A stretch of DNA of 64,000 nt from an uncultured Thermoplasmata archaeon (lineage in GTDB: Archaea; Thermoplasmatota; Thermoplasmata; Lutacidiplasmatales; UBA184). This document shows positions 8,331-19,333 of this stretch, one piece after another. The notes under the pieces are model-generated. The model was not told the DNA's origin. It made no database searches and was given only the letters and a program-made list of their open reading frames with translations. The translations under genes and the position numbers were made by a program. The stretch's first letter is position 1; the number at the start of each line of letters is the position of its first letter. Where the stretch lies: the NCBI GenBank assembly GCA_963749235.1, contig CAVVLV010000001.1, positions 1,287,634 to 1,351,633 of the forward strand, in the 5' to 3' direction.

Positions 8331-10022
8331 TTAATGGGTGTCGCGGCGCGAGACGAGCGTCCAGAGTCCGGTGAGGTCGAGCTCCGCCCAAGCGACCGGA
8401 ACCGGGACGCCGAGCGCCCCCAGGACCCCGGGATGGATCTCTCCGATCTCGGCGACATTCTCCCCGGCCACGCGCACCCGGGCGGCTCGGCCGAGGATGG
8501 TACCCGGGATCTCGGTCGGTTCGCGCACGAAGCTGACGTCGAGAGTGCGAAGAAGGTAGTCGACCAAAGCCGCCGCCTCCGCAAATCCCTCCCCCTCCCC
8601 GGCGAGGACCGCGCTGGCGTGGTACCGGGTCGCCCCGCCCGCCTCGGCGGACTCGGAGCGGATCACGACGGGCCCCACCTCACCGAACCGCTGCGGGTAC
8701 GAGTTCCGGGTATTGCGGCCGAGAACCTCGAGGTGGGAGAGCAAGAGCCGGTCGCGCAGGAACGCGAACTCCGCCGAGACCGGATTCTGCAAGCGGATCG
8801 CGGTGGAAGCGCCCGCCCGGCGGACGGTCGTCTCCGCCACGAGGAGCGGCGTGAACGGCTGCGCGAGCCCGAGTCCAAGCATCATCCGACCGATGCGGAT
8901 CCTAAAAAGGGTCTCCGGACGACGGTGCCCCCGGGTGGAGCTGGGGAGAAGAAGACCGGATTCGGGGTGGACACCGCCCGCCAGCACGACCTCCTCCACG
9001 AGGTCCACGGGGGTTTGCAGGTCGGGGCGCCACGGCGGAACGTCCACACGCCAGCCTCCCGGATGCGGTCGGGGCGAGAGGCGCGACGCGGCGAGGCGCC
9101 GCTCCACTTCCGCGGAGGAGATCGTTTCGCCCGACGTCTCGCGCAGCACGGAAGAGGGTAGGTCCACTGGACGAGGGCGATACATTGCGCGCCCGTCCGA
9201 CCCCGCCGGGCCGGCGCCGGATACAGCGACCGGAGCGACCGACCAGCCCTGGGCGACGAACACCAGCTGGAGGAGTCCGAGCGACTCGAGCACCGCCCGC
9301 TCGCGGGTCCCGGTCGATTCGAGAAGGAGGGTCCGATCCCCCGGGCGGGCCTCCCCGCCGGCGCGCGCGTTCAGTACAGGAGGCAGGCTGAGGATCGTTC
9401 CACGTGCGTCCCGCAGGGTCAGGCATCGATCCCCCGACCGCCCGAGCGCACCGTACTGGGCGGCCATCGGATGGTCGGCGTAGAATCGAGCACCTCCGAC
9501 CTCCTCAGTGCCCTCGAGCGGAACGAAGCGGACAGTGTCCATCGGTTCAAGGGTATACCGGAAGGGGGGCGTCAGCCTCTCCACCGGGTAGATCCCGAGA
9601 CTGGCGGCCCTCCGATTGCGGCCGACCGTCGTGTGGATGAGCTCTTGGAAGTGGATCGCTTCGGTGAGGGTCCCCTCGTCCAGTCCAGTCGGACTGGGGG
9701 CGCGGAGGAGCACGGCTGCGAGGTGCGGACGCAGCGGAGATACCGACGGGTCCACGTGGACGGAATGGGCCGGGTCCGCCGGACCTTCGACCGGATGCAC
9801 GAGCCCGCTCTCCCATCCTGCCGCCCCGGCCAGGTACTGCGCCAGCCCCGCCTCGGTAAGGAGGTCGAGTCGGTCGGGGGTCGCGGAAATGCGAATCACG
9901 TCCCCCTCGTGTTCCTCGATCTCGGCCTTGGAAAGGAAGACGAGGTCCTCGAGCGCGACCTCGGAGAGCGTCATGGGTACGAGGGACCGGAGGCGCTCGG
10001 CCGAAAGGCTCGCGACCGGCAT
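8331..10022 (-). CDS. pheT: Phenylalanine--tRNA ligase beta subunit
   Basis: 'PDRLDLL', 'LSLPPVLN', 'VPPWRPDL...DLVEEV', 'GEIHP'. Confidence 0.93.
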   Translation of the reverse strand: MPVASLSAERLRSLVPMTLSEVALEDLVFLSKAEIEEHEGDVIRISATPDRLDLLTEAGLAQYLAGAAGWESGLVHPVEGPADPAHSVHVDPSVSPLRPHLAAVLLRAPSPTGLDEGTLTEAIHFQELIHTTVGRNRRAASLGIYPVERLTPPFRYTLEPMDTVRFVPLEGTEEVGGARFYADHPMAAQYGALGRSGDRCLTLRDARGTILSLPPVLNARAGGEARPGDRTLLLESTGTRERAVLESLGLLQLVFVAQGWSVAPVAVSGAGPAGSDGRAMYRPRPVDLPSSVLRETSGETISSAEVERRLAASRLSPRPHPGGWRVDVPPWRPDLQTPVDLVEEVVLAGGVHPESGLLLPSSTRGHRRPETLFRIRIGRMMLGLGLAQPFTPLLVAETTVRRAGASTAIRLQNPVSAEFAFLRDRLLLSHLEVLGRNTRNSYPQRFGEVGPVVIRSESAEAGGATRYHASAVLAGEGEGFAEAAALVDYLLRTLDVSFVREPTEIPGTILGRAARVRVAGENVAEIGEIHPGVLGALGVPVPVAWAELDLTGLWTLVSRRDTH

Positions 10023-11553
10023 CTAGGCCCCCCCTCGCGTCAGAGCATCCATGTCATCGGAGAACAGCTCTCGGATGTCGTTCGCCCCGAGCGCGACCAT
10101 GGCCAGACGGGTCACGCCGATGCCCCAGGCCGCCACGGGAACTTCGACGCCGAGGGGACGGAGCACCTCCGGGCGGAACATCCCGCCCGGCAGCACCTCG
10201 ATCCAACCCAGTCGAGGATGTTTCACCCAACCCTCGATCGAGGGCTCGGTGAACGGGAAGAAGCTCGGCCGGATCTTGAGCTCAGGGATCCCGATCGCAC
10301 GGGTCAACTCACGGAAGATCCCCACGAGGTGACGGAGGTTGACGCCGGACTCGCCAATGATCCCCTCACACTGGGCGAACTCGAGGTGATGCCGGGCGTC
10401 CACCGACTCGACCCGGAAATTCCGGTCGATGGAGAACGTCCGGAACGGCGGGATCGGTCGCTGCGCGAGGTAGCGGACACTGACGGCGGTCGTCTGGGAC
10501 CGCAGCACCGGGCGGGCTGCGATTGCGGGGTCGTAGGAACCTCCCCACCCGGGGCCGAGCGGAGTGGACTCTCCGGGGAGAGGCCGACCCTCGTGCACTG
10601 CGGCGACTCGCGCGAGGAGGTCCTCGGGGGGCGGGCGCCCTTTCACGCCCTCGGGCCAGAAGGCGTCGTGGATGGAGCGGGCGGGGTGATCCTGCGGCAT
10701 GAAGAGCAGATCGTTGTTCCAGAACTCGGTCTCGAGCAGCGGTCCCTCGCTCTCCTCGAATCCTAAGCCGACCAGGAGCTCGGCGAATTCCTCGAGCCAG
10801 GCGCGGTAGGGGTGCTCCCGGGCGCCCCGGATGAACGGCACGCCGGCGCGGACATCGTACGGGCGGAACCCACGTTCCTTCCATCCCCCCGAGAGCAGCT
10901 CGGCCGAGGTCAGGGACCCGATCTGGTCCTCCCCTTCGGCGGCCAGCGGCAGGGCCCGGCCTTCCGCGGAGGGCGCCCAGTGCTTGACGGAGAGATGTTC
11001 GGTACGGACGAGGCCCCGGCGCTCGAGCGCGCTCCGAATCGCCTCGTCGACGTCCTCCTCTTCGTTCGCCACCTGCTTGAGTACCGATCTCTTCCGGCAG
11101 GAGCTCCGTGAGCTCCGGCGAACCCTCTTTTCGGCGGAACGGGAACCCGTCGGCCAGCATGCCTCGGCGACGCAGGATCCCGACCGCGGCGGATCGCTCC
11201 TCGTCGGAGAGGCCCTCCGCGCTCGCATGCTCGAGGGTCATCGAACCTCCCCGACGGTTCAAGGCCTCCAGGAAACGTCGCTCCGGCAGACCCTCCGCGA
11301 GCGCCGCCGTCCCGCGAGGGGTCAGGCGAAGGAGCGTGCGGTGCTCCTCGTCGAGGGTCACGAGATGCTTCGAACGCAGCCGTTGCAGGCTGCCCCGGAC
11401 CTGGTCGGCCGCGAGCCCCGTTTGGGCCACGACCTCCTCCTCGTCCAATGGCTCGCCGCCGGCCACGCGCAGCGCGACCAGGACGGTGCGCTCCGGACCG
11501 GAGAGGGAAATCGCCTCGGCCCCGCCCGGTCCGGGGTCGGATGGACCGGACAC
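10023..11553 (-). CDS. pheS: Phenylalanine--tRNA ligase alpha subunit (single frameshift near 11088, probably a sequencing error)
   Basis: N-terminus in ORF 10366..11553, catalytic part in ORF 10023..11228 ('FWNNDLLFMPQDHPAR', 'FPFTEPS', 'GMFRPEVL'). Removing one base at about 11088 joins them. Confidence 0.92.
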
Positions 11554-11616
11554 GACGTGAGGAGAGGGAATACGGGTTAAGTCCTTTCCTTGAGGCGGCG
11601 CCGCGCCCCCGGGGGT

Positions 11617-14037
11617 TTAGGGATTATCGGCCGCGGGGGCGGCGGGAGCGGACTCCGGAGGCAGCGCCGGAGGGAGGGCGTCCGGCGACGGGTCGGGAGG
11701 CGGGGGAACCGGCGACGAAGGTGCGGCCAAGGTCGCGCTCGTCGGGACGGGGGCCGACGGGGGTTCGGAGGGCGCCATCGCCCCAGGCGGAGGCGAACGG
11801 GAGTTCGAGGGAGTGCGACGGGGCCCACGTCCGAGAAGGACGCCGATGACGATCGACGCGCCCATGATGGCTACGTAGAGCGCGATGTCGCCCGGGAATA
11901 CGGCGAGTGGTCCCAAGAAGCCGAGGTAACCGAGGAGGTTGACGGGGATGAGTTCCTGGACGAATCCGTAGAGTCCACCGGAGGTAACTTGGGCGGAAGC
12001 GACTGCCTTGGAGCCGAGATAGCAGGCGGGTACGGCCGCCGTCAGGACCACGAAGCCGGTCGCGTTCGTCGTGGGAGCCCCGGAGGCGAAGAGGCCTTCG
12101 CACGGCCCCAAGTCGGTGTCCCCGGTCAGCGTCACCAGCACCAGAACGCCGGCCAGGGGAGCCCCGGACGTCCCGTTCACCACTCGGACGGTCAGGGCCA
12201 CCTCCGCCCCCGGACCGACCTGCAATGGGGACGCGGTCAAGGTCAGATTAACGAGGGTCGCAGTGAGGTCGGCGTACAGCGCCTCGCCCCGCGGTGAGCC
12301 CCAACCGGTCGACGTGTCCCATCCGACGGTCGCCGGACCCAGGCAGTTCCCACCCGAGGTGATATCGGCGAGGCCCTCGGCCAGGTGGCCCGAGGGTTCG
12401 GCCGCTCCGATCGAGTACAGGTTCGGGGTGATGAACCCGAGCGGACCGCCGTGAAGGGCGTCCATCTCCGAGATCAGGCCGGCCCACAGCGGTGTGGCAA
12501 AGCTCGTCCCCGACCCCACGCGGTCCGACCCGTCATAGTACACATAGTCGGTCGCGGCGGCCGCCGCCACATCCGGCATTCCCCGGAACCCGGTGGCCGA
12601 GATCGGGGCCGCGGCCGACCCGACCAGTTGCCAGCTCGGGGCGGCGTACTCCGTGGAGTAGCCCCCTCCGCTCCCCGACCACGCGGACTCACTCGCCAGC
12701 CCCGTGACCCCCTGGAGAGGGTTGGTCGCCAGCGTCGGATTGGTGCCGCCCACGGCGATCACGTACGGGTCGGCGGCGGGGTAGTTCGGCTGCAACCCGC
12801 CCGAGCATCCGGTACCGGTGTCGCCCCCGGTATCGCCCGTGGCCCCGAGGAGGGTGATCTGCCGGTGGGTCGCCTCCGCGATGTCGTTTGCCCACGCGGT
12901 AGCGAGTCCTCCCCCCGAGCCTTCCGCGGTGCCGAACGACATCGAGATCGCGTCCACGCCGGTGAGGCCCGTCACCGCCTGGTTCAGCGCGTCGGTCATC
13001 GAAGCCACGCTCGGGGAATACTGGTCGGACGAGGGACCGTCGGGCGCATACACCGCGTCCAGCGAGGCTCCCGGTGCCATGGATCCCGACCACTCGAGGT
13101 CCAACGTCAGCTCTTGGGGGGCCATGCTCGGGTCGTTGACCGCGCCCGCGGACGGCTCGGGCGCTCCGTCGATCGGGTAGGGGGTGACCCGGACCGTGGG
13201 GAAGGACGAGGGGTAGTCGTTCGCAAAGAAGGTTGTAAGATCCGAGGGAGCGTAGCCCTCCCCCCAGAGGAGGAGCACGATCGTAGACGAAGTGGCGAAT
13301 GTCGCGCTTCCGGTGTAGTTGTAGAGGCTGGAGATCTGGTAGACCTGGCGGGCCACTGCGGGCGTGATCAGGTTCGGCTGGGGCGGCGTCGAACTCGGCC
13401 CCGAAGACGGGACGGTGGGGAGGAGCGGTAACTGGAACGAGGTGAAACCGTCGGAGAGGCCGGTGACCGTGGCGACCTCCGGCTCGAGCCACGAGGGTAG
13501 GCCGGGAGCGGTTTCGGGGTAGGTGACGGCCCGTTGGTGGTACTCTCCGGATAGGAGGGTCGTGTCAAAGGCCCGGTCGAAGGCGGAGGCGCCGCCCGTG
13601 AGACTCAACGAAAGACGGTCCGGCCAGGCATGCGCGACTGAAATGCCGTACCCTTCGAAGTACGCCTCCGCCGACGCATACGCGCTCGGGCTGAGTCCCC
13701 ACTCGTTCGCGATCTGGTCGACCGACATGGGACGGGCCCCGGGCGGGGGAGGGTCGTAGAATCCCGGGGCGGACGGGACGAACGAGACGACCACGCGAGT
13801 ATCGGCGGTCGCCAAGACCGAGTTCGGAACCTGATCCCCGACCGAGGCGACATAGCCCGCACGTTCGGCGAACGACGCGGGGGACGTGGTCGGAGACCCG
13901 ACGGGGGGCGCTCCGGAATGACCTCCGGGTGGATTCGTAGCGAACGTGGCTGCCGGAAGCAGAAGCAGGGCCGCGAGGAGGACGGAGACCGTGACCCCGA
14001 AGCGGCCGTTCCGAGGAGCCCGGACAGAGCAGCTCAT
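11617..14037 (-). CDS. Secreted, membrane-anchored S53 (sedolisin/kumamolisin-like) serine protease
   Basis: Signal peptide, prodomain, 'ELTLDLEW' (Glu/Asp), 'GATGDTG', 'GTSFATPLWAG', Ca-site 'GWDTSTGWGSP', C-terminal TM and Pro-rich tail. Confidence 0.9.
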   Translation of the reverse strand: MSCSVRAPRNGRFGVTVSVLLAALLLLPAATFATNPPGGHSGAPPVGSPTTSPASFAERAGYVASVGDQVPNSVLATADTRVVVSFVPSAPGFYDPPPPGARPMSVDQIANEWGLSPSAYASAEAYFEGYGISVAHAWPDRLSLSLTGGASAFDRAFDTTLLSGEYHQRAVTYPETAPGLPSWLEPEVATVTGLSDGFTSFQLPLLPTVPSSGPSSTPPQPNLITPAVARQVYQISSLYNYTGSATFATSSTIVLLLWGEGYAPSDLTTFFANDYPSSFPTVRVTPYPIDGAPEPSAGAVNDPSMAPQELTLDLEWSGSMAPGASLDAVYAPDGPSSDQYSPSVASMTDALNQAVTGLTGVDAISMSFGTAEGSGGGLATAWANDIAEATHRQITLLGATGDTGGDTGTGCSGGLQPNYPAADPYVIAVGGTNPTLATNPLQGVTGLASESAWSGSGGGYSTEYAAPSWQLVGSAAAPISATGFRGMPDVAAAAATDYVYYDGSDRVGSGTSFATPLWAGLISEMDALHGGPLGFITPNLYSIGAAEPSGHLAEGLADITSGGNCLGPATVGWDTSTGWGSPRGEALYADLTATLVNLTLTASPLQVGPGAEVALTVRVVNGTSGAPLAGVLVLVTLTGDTDLGPCEGLFASGAPTTNATGFVVLTAAVPACYLGSKAVASAQVTSGGLYGFVQELIPVNLLGYLGFLGPLAVFPGDIALYVAIMGASIVIGVLLGRGPRRTPSNSRSPPPGAMAPSEPPSAPVPTSATLAAPSSPVPPPPDPSPDALPPALPPESAPAAPAADNP

Positions 14038-14091
14038 CGGCCGGTACAGGCCCGGTGCATAGGAAAAGGGTTGGGGAGGAGTACGTGGGTC

Positions 14092-15551
14092 TCAGATCCG
14101 GATCGGCGTCGTGTACCCCGCCGGTCGGGCGAAGGTCCCTTCCTTGCCGAACGGGTCCGGCCGCGGTCCGGTGGGTTCCCCACGCAGCCCCGACAGATAG
14201 GCATCGATCGCATCCGCGGCTTCGGTGGCGGTCCCCATCGCATAGACGACGGAGCGCCCTCCCGCGGCGAAGATCCCCGGCACGCCCGTCTGGAATCCCT
14301 TGCCCTTTCCTTCGGGCCACCCCTGGCTGGTGAGCTTGAGGTCCAGGTCCGGGCCGAACCCTTCCAGGTCGGCCTTCTGCCCGACGGCGACGATCACGGT
14401 GTCGCACGGGAGCGTCTCTTCGGAGCCGGGGACCGGTACGGGGCTTCGGCGTCCCCCGGCGTCGGGGGGCCCGAGTTCGATCGATTGCACGACCAGCCCT
14501 TCGACACGGTCGGTCCCGACGATCCGGAGCGGCGCCTTCTGGAAGAGGAAGCGGATCCCCTCCTGCTCGGCGCCATGAACCTCCTCGGGGTCGGCGGGCA
14601 TCTCCTGCCGTCCCCGCCGATAGACGAGCGTCACATGCCCGCCCCCCGACTTGCGTAAGGCCGAGCGGACCGAGTCCATGGCGACATCGCCTCCGCCGAC
14701 CACGACGATGTCGTGTCCCACCGTCACGTCGGCACCGCGATTGATCTCCTTCAAGAAATCGAGGGCCGGGAGCACCCCCGGGAGGTTCTCGCCCGGGACG
14801 CTCAGGGTCCGATGGGTGGAGGTACCGATCGAAACGAAGACCGCCTGGTATCCGTCTTCCTTCAGAAGGCGATCGACCGGGAAGTCGACCCCGACCTTGG
14901 TCCCCTTGACCCACGTCACGTCCAGGTCGCGGAATCGGGCGCGGTCCGTCTCGACATCGGCGTCGGTCATGCGGTAGGCCGGGATCGTTTGCATGAGTCC
15001 GCCGTAGCGCTCTTCCTGCTCGAAGACGGTGACCGAGTACCCCCGGACGCCCAATTCCCATGCGGCCATCATCCCGGCGGGCCGGCGCCGACCACCGCGA
15101 CGCGCTGATGCTTCGGCTTCGACGGGACGTAGACGAGGTCGCTCTGCCCGAATTCGAGGGAGGCGCGTTTCAGGTGCCGGATCGCGATCGGGACGCCCTT
15201 CTTCTTCACCACGCACGCGTCCTCACAGTAGTGGTAGCAGACCTTGCAGAGGCTGGTGGCGAGCGGATTCTCCCGGAGCGTGACCCGGGCCGCCTCGTCG
15301 AAATCCCCCTTCGCGACCTGGAGGATGTAGTCGCGGCAGTCCTGGGTGATCGGACATGCCTCGACGCACCACGGCCGGCGGCACTGGATGCAGCGCTTCG
15401 CTTCCAGGATCGCGTCCTCCTTCGAATAGGAGTGGAGGACCTCTCGGAAGTCGGTCGTCCGCTGGGCCACGGTCTCTTCCGCGATCGAAACGCGCACCGG
15501 ATTGAGCTTCGGTGGAGCCGCCTTCGGGGCCGGGGCCGACTCGGCAGTCAT
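14092..15551 (-). CDS. GltD/NfnB(SudA)-like FAD/NADP-dependent Fe-S oxidoreductase (frameshift near 15080)
   Basis: N-terminal 'EAKRCIQCRRPWCVEACP' Fe-S motif and 'VAVVGAGP', continuing in another frame as 'AGMMAAWEL' and 'VVVGGGDVAMD'. One extra C in the run near 15080 restores GAGPAG. Confidence 0.88.
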
Positions 15552-15675
15552 AGTTCCGGCCTCAAGAGCCCGCACAGCCGATAAGAGGCTTGCGCGCCGT
15601 GAGACAAGCTCGGACGGTTCTCGACTTATAGAGGAGGCCATCTCGGGTTGATGTCCCCGGGGGGACAACCGGTCC

Positions 15676-17013
15676 ATGGTCCTGGATTCGCTCGGAAAGT
15701 CGCTCCGCGGAGTGCTACAGAAAATCGCCCGCGGCTCGACCGTCGATGAGGCCCTCCTGAATGAGGTCGTACGGGACATCCAGCGGGCGCTCCTCCAGGC
15801 CGACGTGAACGTCCAGCTGGCGCTCTCGCTCACGGAACGGGTTCGCCGGCGGGCGAAGGAGGAGAAGCCCCCCGCCGGGGCGAGCCTTCGCGATTTCCTC
15901 ATCCGCATCATCTACGAGGAGATCCGTGGGATCCTCGGCAAGGACCAGCCGTTCGACCTCCGACCCCGGAAGGTGTTGATGGCCGGGCTCTTCGGCCAAG
16001 GGAAGACGACCACGACGGGCAAGCTCGCCCGCTTCTTCCAGAAGAAGGGGGTGCGGGTCGGGGTGGTCGCCGCCGACGTTCACCGCCCGGCGGCCATCGA
16101 CCAGCTCGAGCAGCTTTCGAAAAAGGTCGGCTGCGAGTTCTACGCGAATCGCAACGAGAAGCGGGCCGAGGTCATCGTGCGCGAGGCGCTCGCCGCCTTC
16201 CCACCCCACCTGGCCGTGATCGTCGATACAGCGGGCCGGAGCGGGATCGACCCCGATCTGATCGAGGAGCTGAAGCGCGTACGGGCGGTCCTGCAACCCG
16301 ACGAGACCTTGCTGGTGCTGGACGCGGCGATGGGGCAGGCGGCCGGACGGAGCGCCGAAGCGTTCCAGAAAGCGGTCGGTCTCACGGGCGTGATCCTGAC
16401 CAAGCTCGACGGGTCGGCCAAGGGAGGCGGCGCGCTGTCGGCGGTGGCGGCCACCGGCGCTCCGATCGTGTTCATCGGAACGGGCGAGCACCTGGACGAG
16501 CTCGAACGGTTCGAGCCGACCCGGTTCGTCTCCCGGCTCCTGGGCATGGGCGACCTCCGAACCCTTCTAGAGCGGTTCGAGAACCTCTCCAACAAGGAGG
16601 CGGCGGAGGAAGCGGCGAAACATCTCATGAGCGGCCGATTCACACTCCGCGACATGCGGGCGCAGCTCGATTCGCTCGGGGAGATGGGCCCGTTCTCGAA
16701 GCTGATGACGATGATCCCCGGGGCCGGGGCCAAGGTCGACGAGGCGAAAATGGATGAGACCCAGGCGCGCCTGAAACGCTTCCGGACCATCCTCGATTCG
16801 CTGACGGGGGAGGAGTTGGATTCTCCCCAGATCATCAAATCGGACCGGGTCCATCGCATCGCCCGAGGGAGCGGGCAGCGGCCCCAGGAGGTCCGGGGCC
16901 TCCTGAAGCATTACGAGACGACGCGAAAGGCGGCCCACGGGATCGTGTCGAACCGCCGGCTCCGTCGCCAACTCGAGAAGCAGTTTGGCTCCGGCGAAGC
17001 CCCCGAGGAGTGA
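15676..17013 (+). CDS. srp54: Signal recognition particle protein SRP54
   Basis: 'ALLQADVN', 'GQGKTTT', 'DTAGR', 'TKLDGSAKGGGALS', M-domain 'RIARGSG'. Confidence 0.97.
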   Translation: MVLDSLGKSLRGVLQKIARGSTVDEALLNEVVRDIQRALLQADVNVQLALSLTERVRRRAKEEKPPAGASLRDFLIRIIYEEIRGILGKDQPFDLRPRKVLMAGLFGQGKTTTTGKLARFFQKKGVRVGVVAADVHRPAAIDQLEQLSKKVGCEFYANRNEKRAEVIVREALAAFPPHLAVIVDTAGRSGIDPDLIEELKRVRAVLQPDETLLVLDAAMGQAAGRSAEAFQKAVGLTGVILTKLDGSAKGGGALSAVAATGAPIVFIGTGEHLDELERFEPTRFVSRLLGMGDLRTLLERFENLSNKEAAEEAAKHLMSGRFTLRDMRAQLDSLGEMGPFSKLMTMIPGAGAKVDEAKMDETQARLKRFRTILDSLTGEELDSPQIIKSDRVHRIARGSGQRPQEVRGLLKHYETTRKAAHGIVSNRRLRRQLEKQFGSGEAPEE

Positions 17014-17025
17014 GCCGGGGGCCTC

Positions 17026-17562
17026 ATGAGCGTCAATCCCGCCGAAGTCGTCGCCGGGCTTCTGCTCTTGTTCTTCGTCCCCGGCTACGCGATGACGAAG
17101 GCGATTTTCCCCGAGTGGCGGGTGCGGGGACCGACCGCCACTCTACGTCTCCTCGAGATCACCACGCTCTCCTTCGTCACCAGCCTCGTGCTCGCGGTCC
17201 TGGTGGGATACTTCCTCCTCGTGGCCGGCCCCAACGGGTTCCAGGCCTACTGGTCCGACCCGATCTTGGAGGCGGTGCTGGCGGGGATCGCCGCGATCGC
17301 ATTCGGTCTCGGATGGTACCGCGGCGCCTACCGTCGGACCCCTCCGACCAGCCTGCCTCCGGAGCCCGGGGAGGAGCGCGGGACGTGGGAGACGGTCGAA
17401 GAACTGGACCGGCTGCGCCGCGAGGAACGGCGGGTACGCCACGAGCTCCGGCGAGCAGGGACGGGGTCCACCGACTCAGCCCGTCTCCGGTCCGAGCTCG
17501 AGCGGATCCAATCCGAAGCGGCGGAACTGCGGTCCAGAAGGGAGGCGGAATATGGCACCTAA
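17026..17562 (+). CDS. DUF1616-like membrane protein with C-terminal coiled coil
   Basis: 'LLFFVPGYAMTKAIFP...LSFVTSL' pattern, 3 TM, charged helical tail. Confidence 0.6.
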   Translation: MSVNPAEVVAGLLLLFFVPGYAMTKAIFPEWRVRGPTATLRLLEITTLSFVTSLVLAVLVGYFLLVAGPNGFQAYWSDPILEAVLAGIAAIAFGLGWYRGAYRRTPPTSLPPEPGEERGTWETVEELDRLRREERRVRHELRRAGTGSTDSARLRSELERIQSEAAELRSRREAEYGT

Positions 17563-17932
17563 GGGAGGAGAGGGGAGTGGAGAGTACAAGGTGGTCCTCG
17601 TCCTGCGGGGAGAGCTTCGCCTGACGGCCGGTAAGGTCGCAGTCCAGGCGGCCCACGCCGCGGTGATGTTGACGCGCGCTGCCGAGAGTCGCAACCCCGC
17701 CGCCCTCGATCAGTGGCTTAGGGAAGGCCAGAAGAAGATCGCGCTCGTCGTCCCCACCTTGGGGGAGTTGGAGTTGCTCGACCGGGCCGCCCGGGCGAAG
17801 GGCGTGCCGACCGTATGGGTGGAGGACGCCGGGCTCACCGAGGTCGCGCCGGGAACCCGCACCTGCTTGGGACTCGGTCCCGCCCGCGCTTCCCAGGTCG
17901 ATGCGATCACCGGTTCGCTCGACCTTCTCTAG
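17552..17932 (+). CDS. pth2: Peptidyl-tRNA hydrolase Pth2
   Basis: 'GKVAVQAAHAA', 'GQKKIAL', 'DAGLTEVAPGTRTCLGLGP'. Confidence 0.95.
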   Translation: MAPKGGEGSGEYKVVLVLRGELRLTAGKVAVQAAHAAVMLTRAAESRNPAALDQWLREGQKKIALVVPTLGELELLDRAARAKGVPTVWVEDAGLTEVAPGTRTCLGLGPARASQVDAITGSLDLL

Positions 17933-18038
17933 CGATTCGCGCCCCCGGACCAACGCCTCCGTTTGCTGGTATATGTAGAAGGCTTGACCTCGCCAGCTCG
18001 AGGCAGGGGATTCCAAGTCCATCGGGGGAAACCGGAGC

Positions 18039-19195
18039 ATGAGGCTGTGGGTGTACATCGTTCGCCGCCTCCTGGTCCTGCTCCCTCTCGTCCTCGGCGT
18101 CATGACGATCACGTTCATCCTGGTCTCGGGAATCCCCCTCACGGTCCGCTGCTTCTCCGCGATCGGGCCTCCCCCCCGGCACGGCACGGGTACGCCGTGC
18201 CCGAGTGGACCCAGCATTGCGACAAGGTCCTCGGCCTCAACCAGCCCATCTACACCCAGTGGGCCGTCTACATGGCGAATACCCTCACCTTCCATTGGGG
18301 GTACGTCGGGAATTACAGCGTGGCCGCCACAACCGTTCCGGCTATCGCGGGCGTGCCGGTCACGACCGCACTCGGTTGGCTGCTTCCGTACACCTTGGAG
18401 CTCGCGGCGCTCTCGTTGTTCCTCATCTTGCTCGCCGCCATTCCGCTCGGCCAATTGGCTGCCCGGTACCGGAATCGGCCGATCGACCAGGCGGCCCGGA
18501 TTATGTCGTTCTCCGGATTCGCCATTCCCTCCTATCTGCTCGGGGCGCTGGCGATCATCGGACTCGTCCTGGTCCTCTCCGAAAATCATTGGGGCGGATG
18601 CAGCGGCGCCTTTCTCCAGGTCTATGGGTCGTGGCCGCAGGCGCTGTGCATGACCGGCTCCTCGCCCGCGAACAACAACTACCCACCCTGGCTCCATTTC
18701 GGCACGGTCTCGACCCCCACCGGATTCCCGACCGTGGATGCCGCCCTTCACGGACAGTGGAGCTTGGCCCTCGACAGCGTGCTCCGGATGATCGTCCCGG
18801 CCCTGATCATCGCGTACGGCGAGATCGCGGTGATCCTTCGCTTCGTCCGGAACAGCATGCTCGAGGTGATGAACCTCGATTTTGTCCAAGTCGCACGAGC
18901 CAACGGCGTGCCGGAATCGGTGGTGATCCGACGGCACGTGGGTCGGAACTCGCTCAACGTCACCGTCACCGTGCTCGGGCTCACCTTCGCCGGATTCATC
19001 GGGGGGTTCCCAATCATCGAGTACGTGTTCGGGCTCGAGGGAGTGGGCCGGGCCTTGGCCCTCTCGGTCCAGCAGCCCTACGACATGGGCCTCATCTTTG
19101 GAGGGACCATCCTCTTCACCTTCCTCGTCGTCATCGCGAACTTGATCGCCGACGTGCTGTACGCTCTGCTCGACCCACGGGTTCGGCTGGGGTGA
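18039..19195 (+). CDS. dppB: Peptide ABC transporter permease DppB/OppB, paralog 1 (frameshift at about 18190)
   Basis: Start MRLWVYIVRR; continues in ORF 17963..19195 frame with EAA loop 'DFVQVARANGV'. Adding one G to GGG at 18188-18190 makes this segment colinear with paralogs 2 and 3. Confidence 0.88.
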
Positions 19196-19266
19196 CGGAT
19201 CCGACGGGCGGGCCTCGGCGGGAAGGGCGCCCCGAACCCGACCGGAGGCGCGGCTCCCTCCCGGGG

Positions 19267-19274
19267 TTATTTAG
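19267..19274 (+). promoter_or_regulatory. TATA-like element upstream of dppB paralog 2
   Basis: TTATTTAG is the only AT-rich patch in the GC-rich spacer, about 60 nt before the ATG. Confidence 0.4.
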
Positions 19275-19333
19275 GGGAGCTCATCTGGACGGACCCGGCG
19301 GGGCGGCGCCGCGTCCGGGGGGGAAGGTCGACC

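Noticed and set aside
6187-8334. 715-aa plus-strand ORF, and similar long ORFs at 1423-2862, 17177-18937, 27612-29345, 43711-45417, 51684-53327 and 60431-62098
   Set aside because: Antisense or alternate-frame shadows of well-supported genes; Arg/Gly/Pro-rich with no motifs, as expected at high GC.
15069-15071. TGA after 'VVGAGPPG' as possible selenocysteine or readthrough
   Set aside because: The protein continues in a different frame, and one added C restores the canonical GAGPAG.
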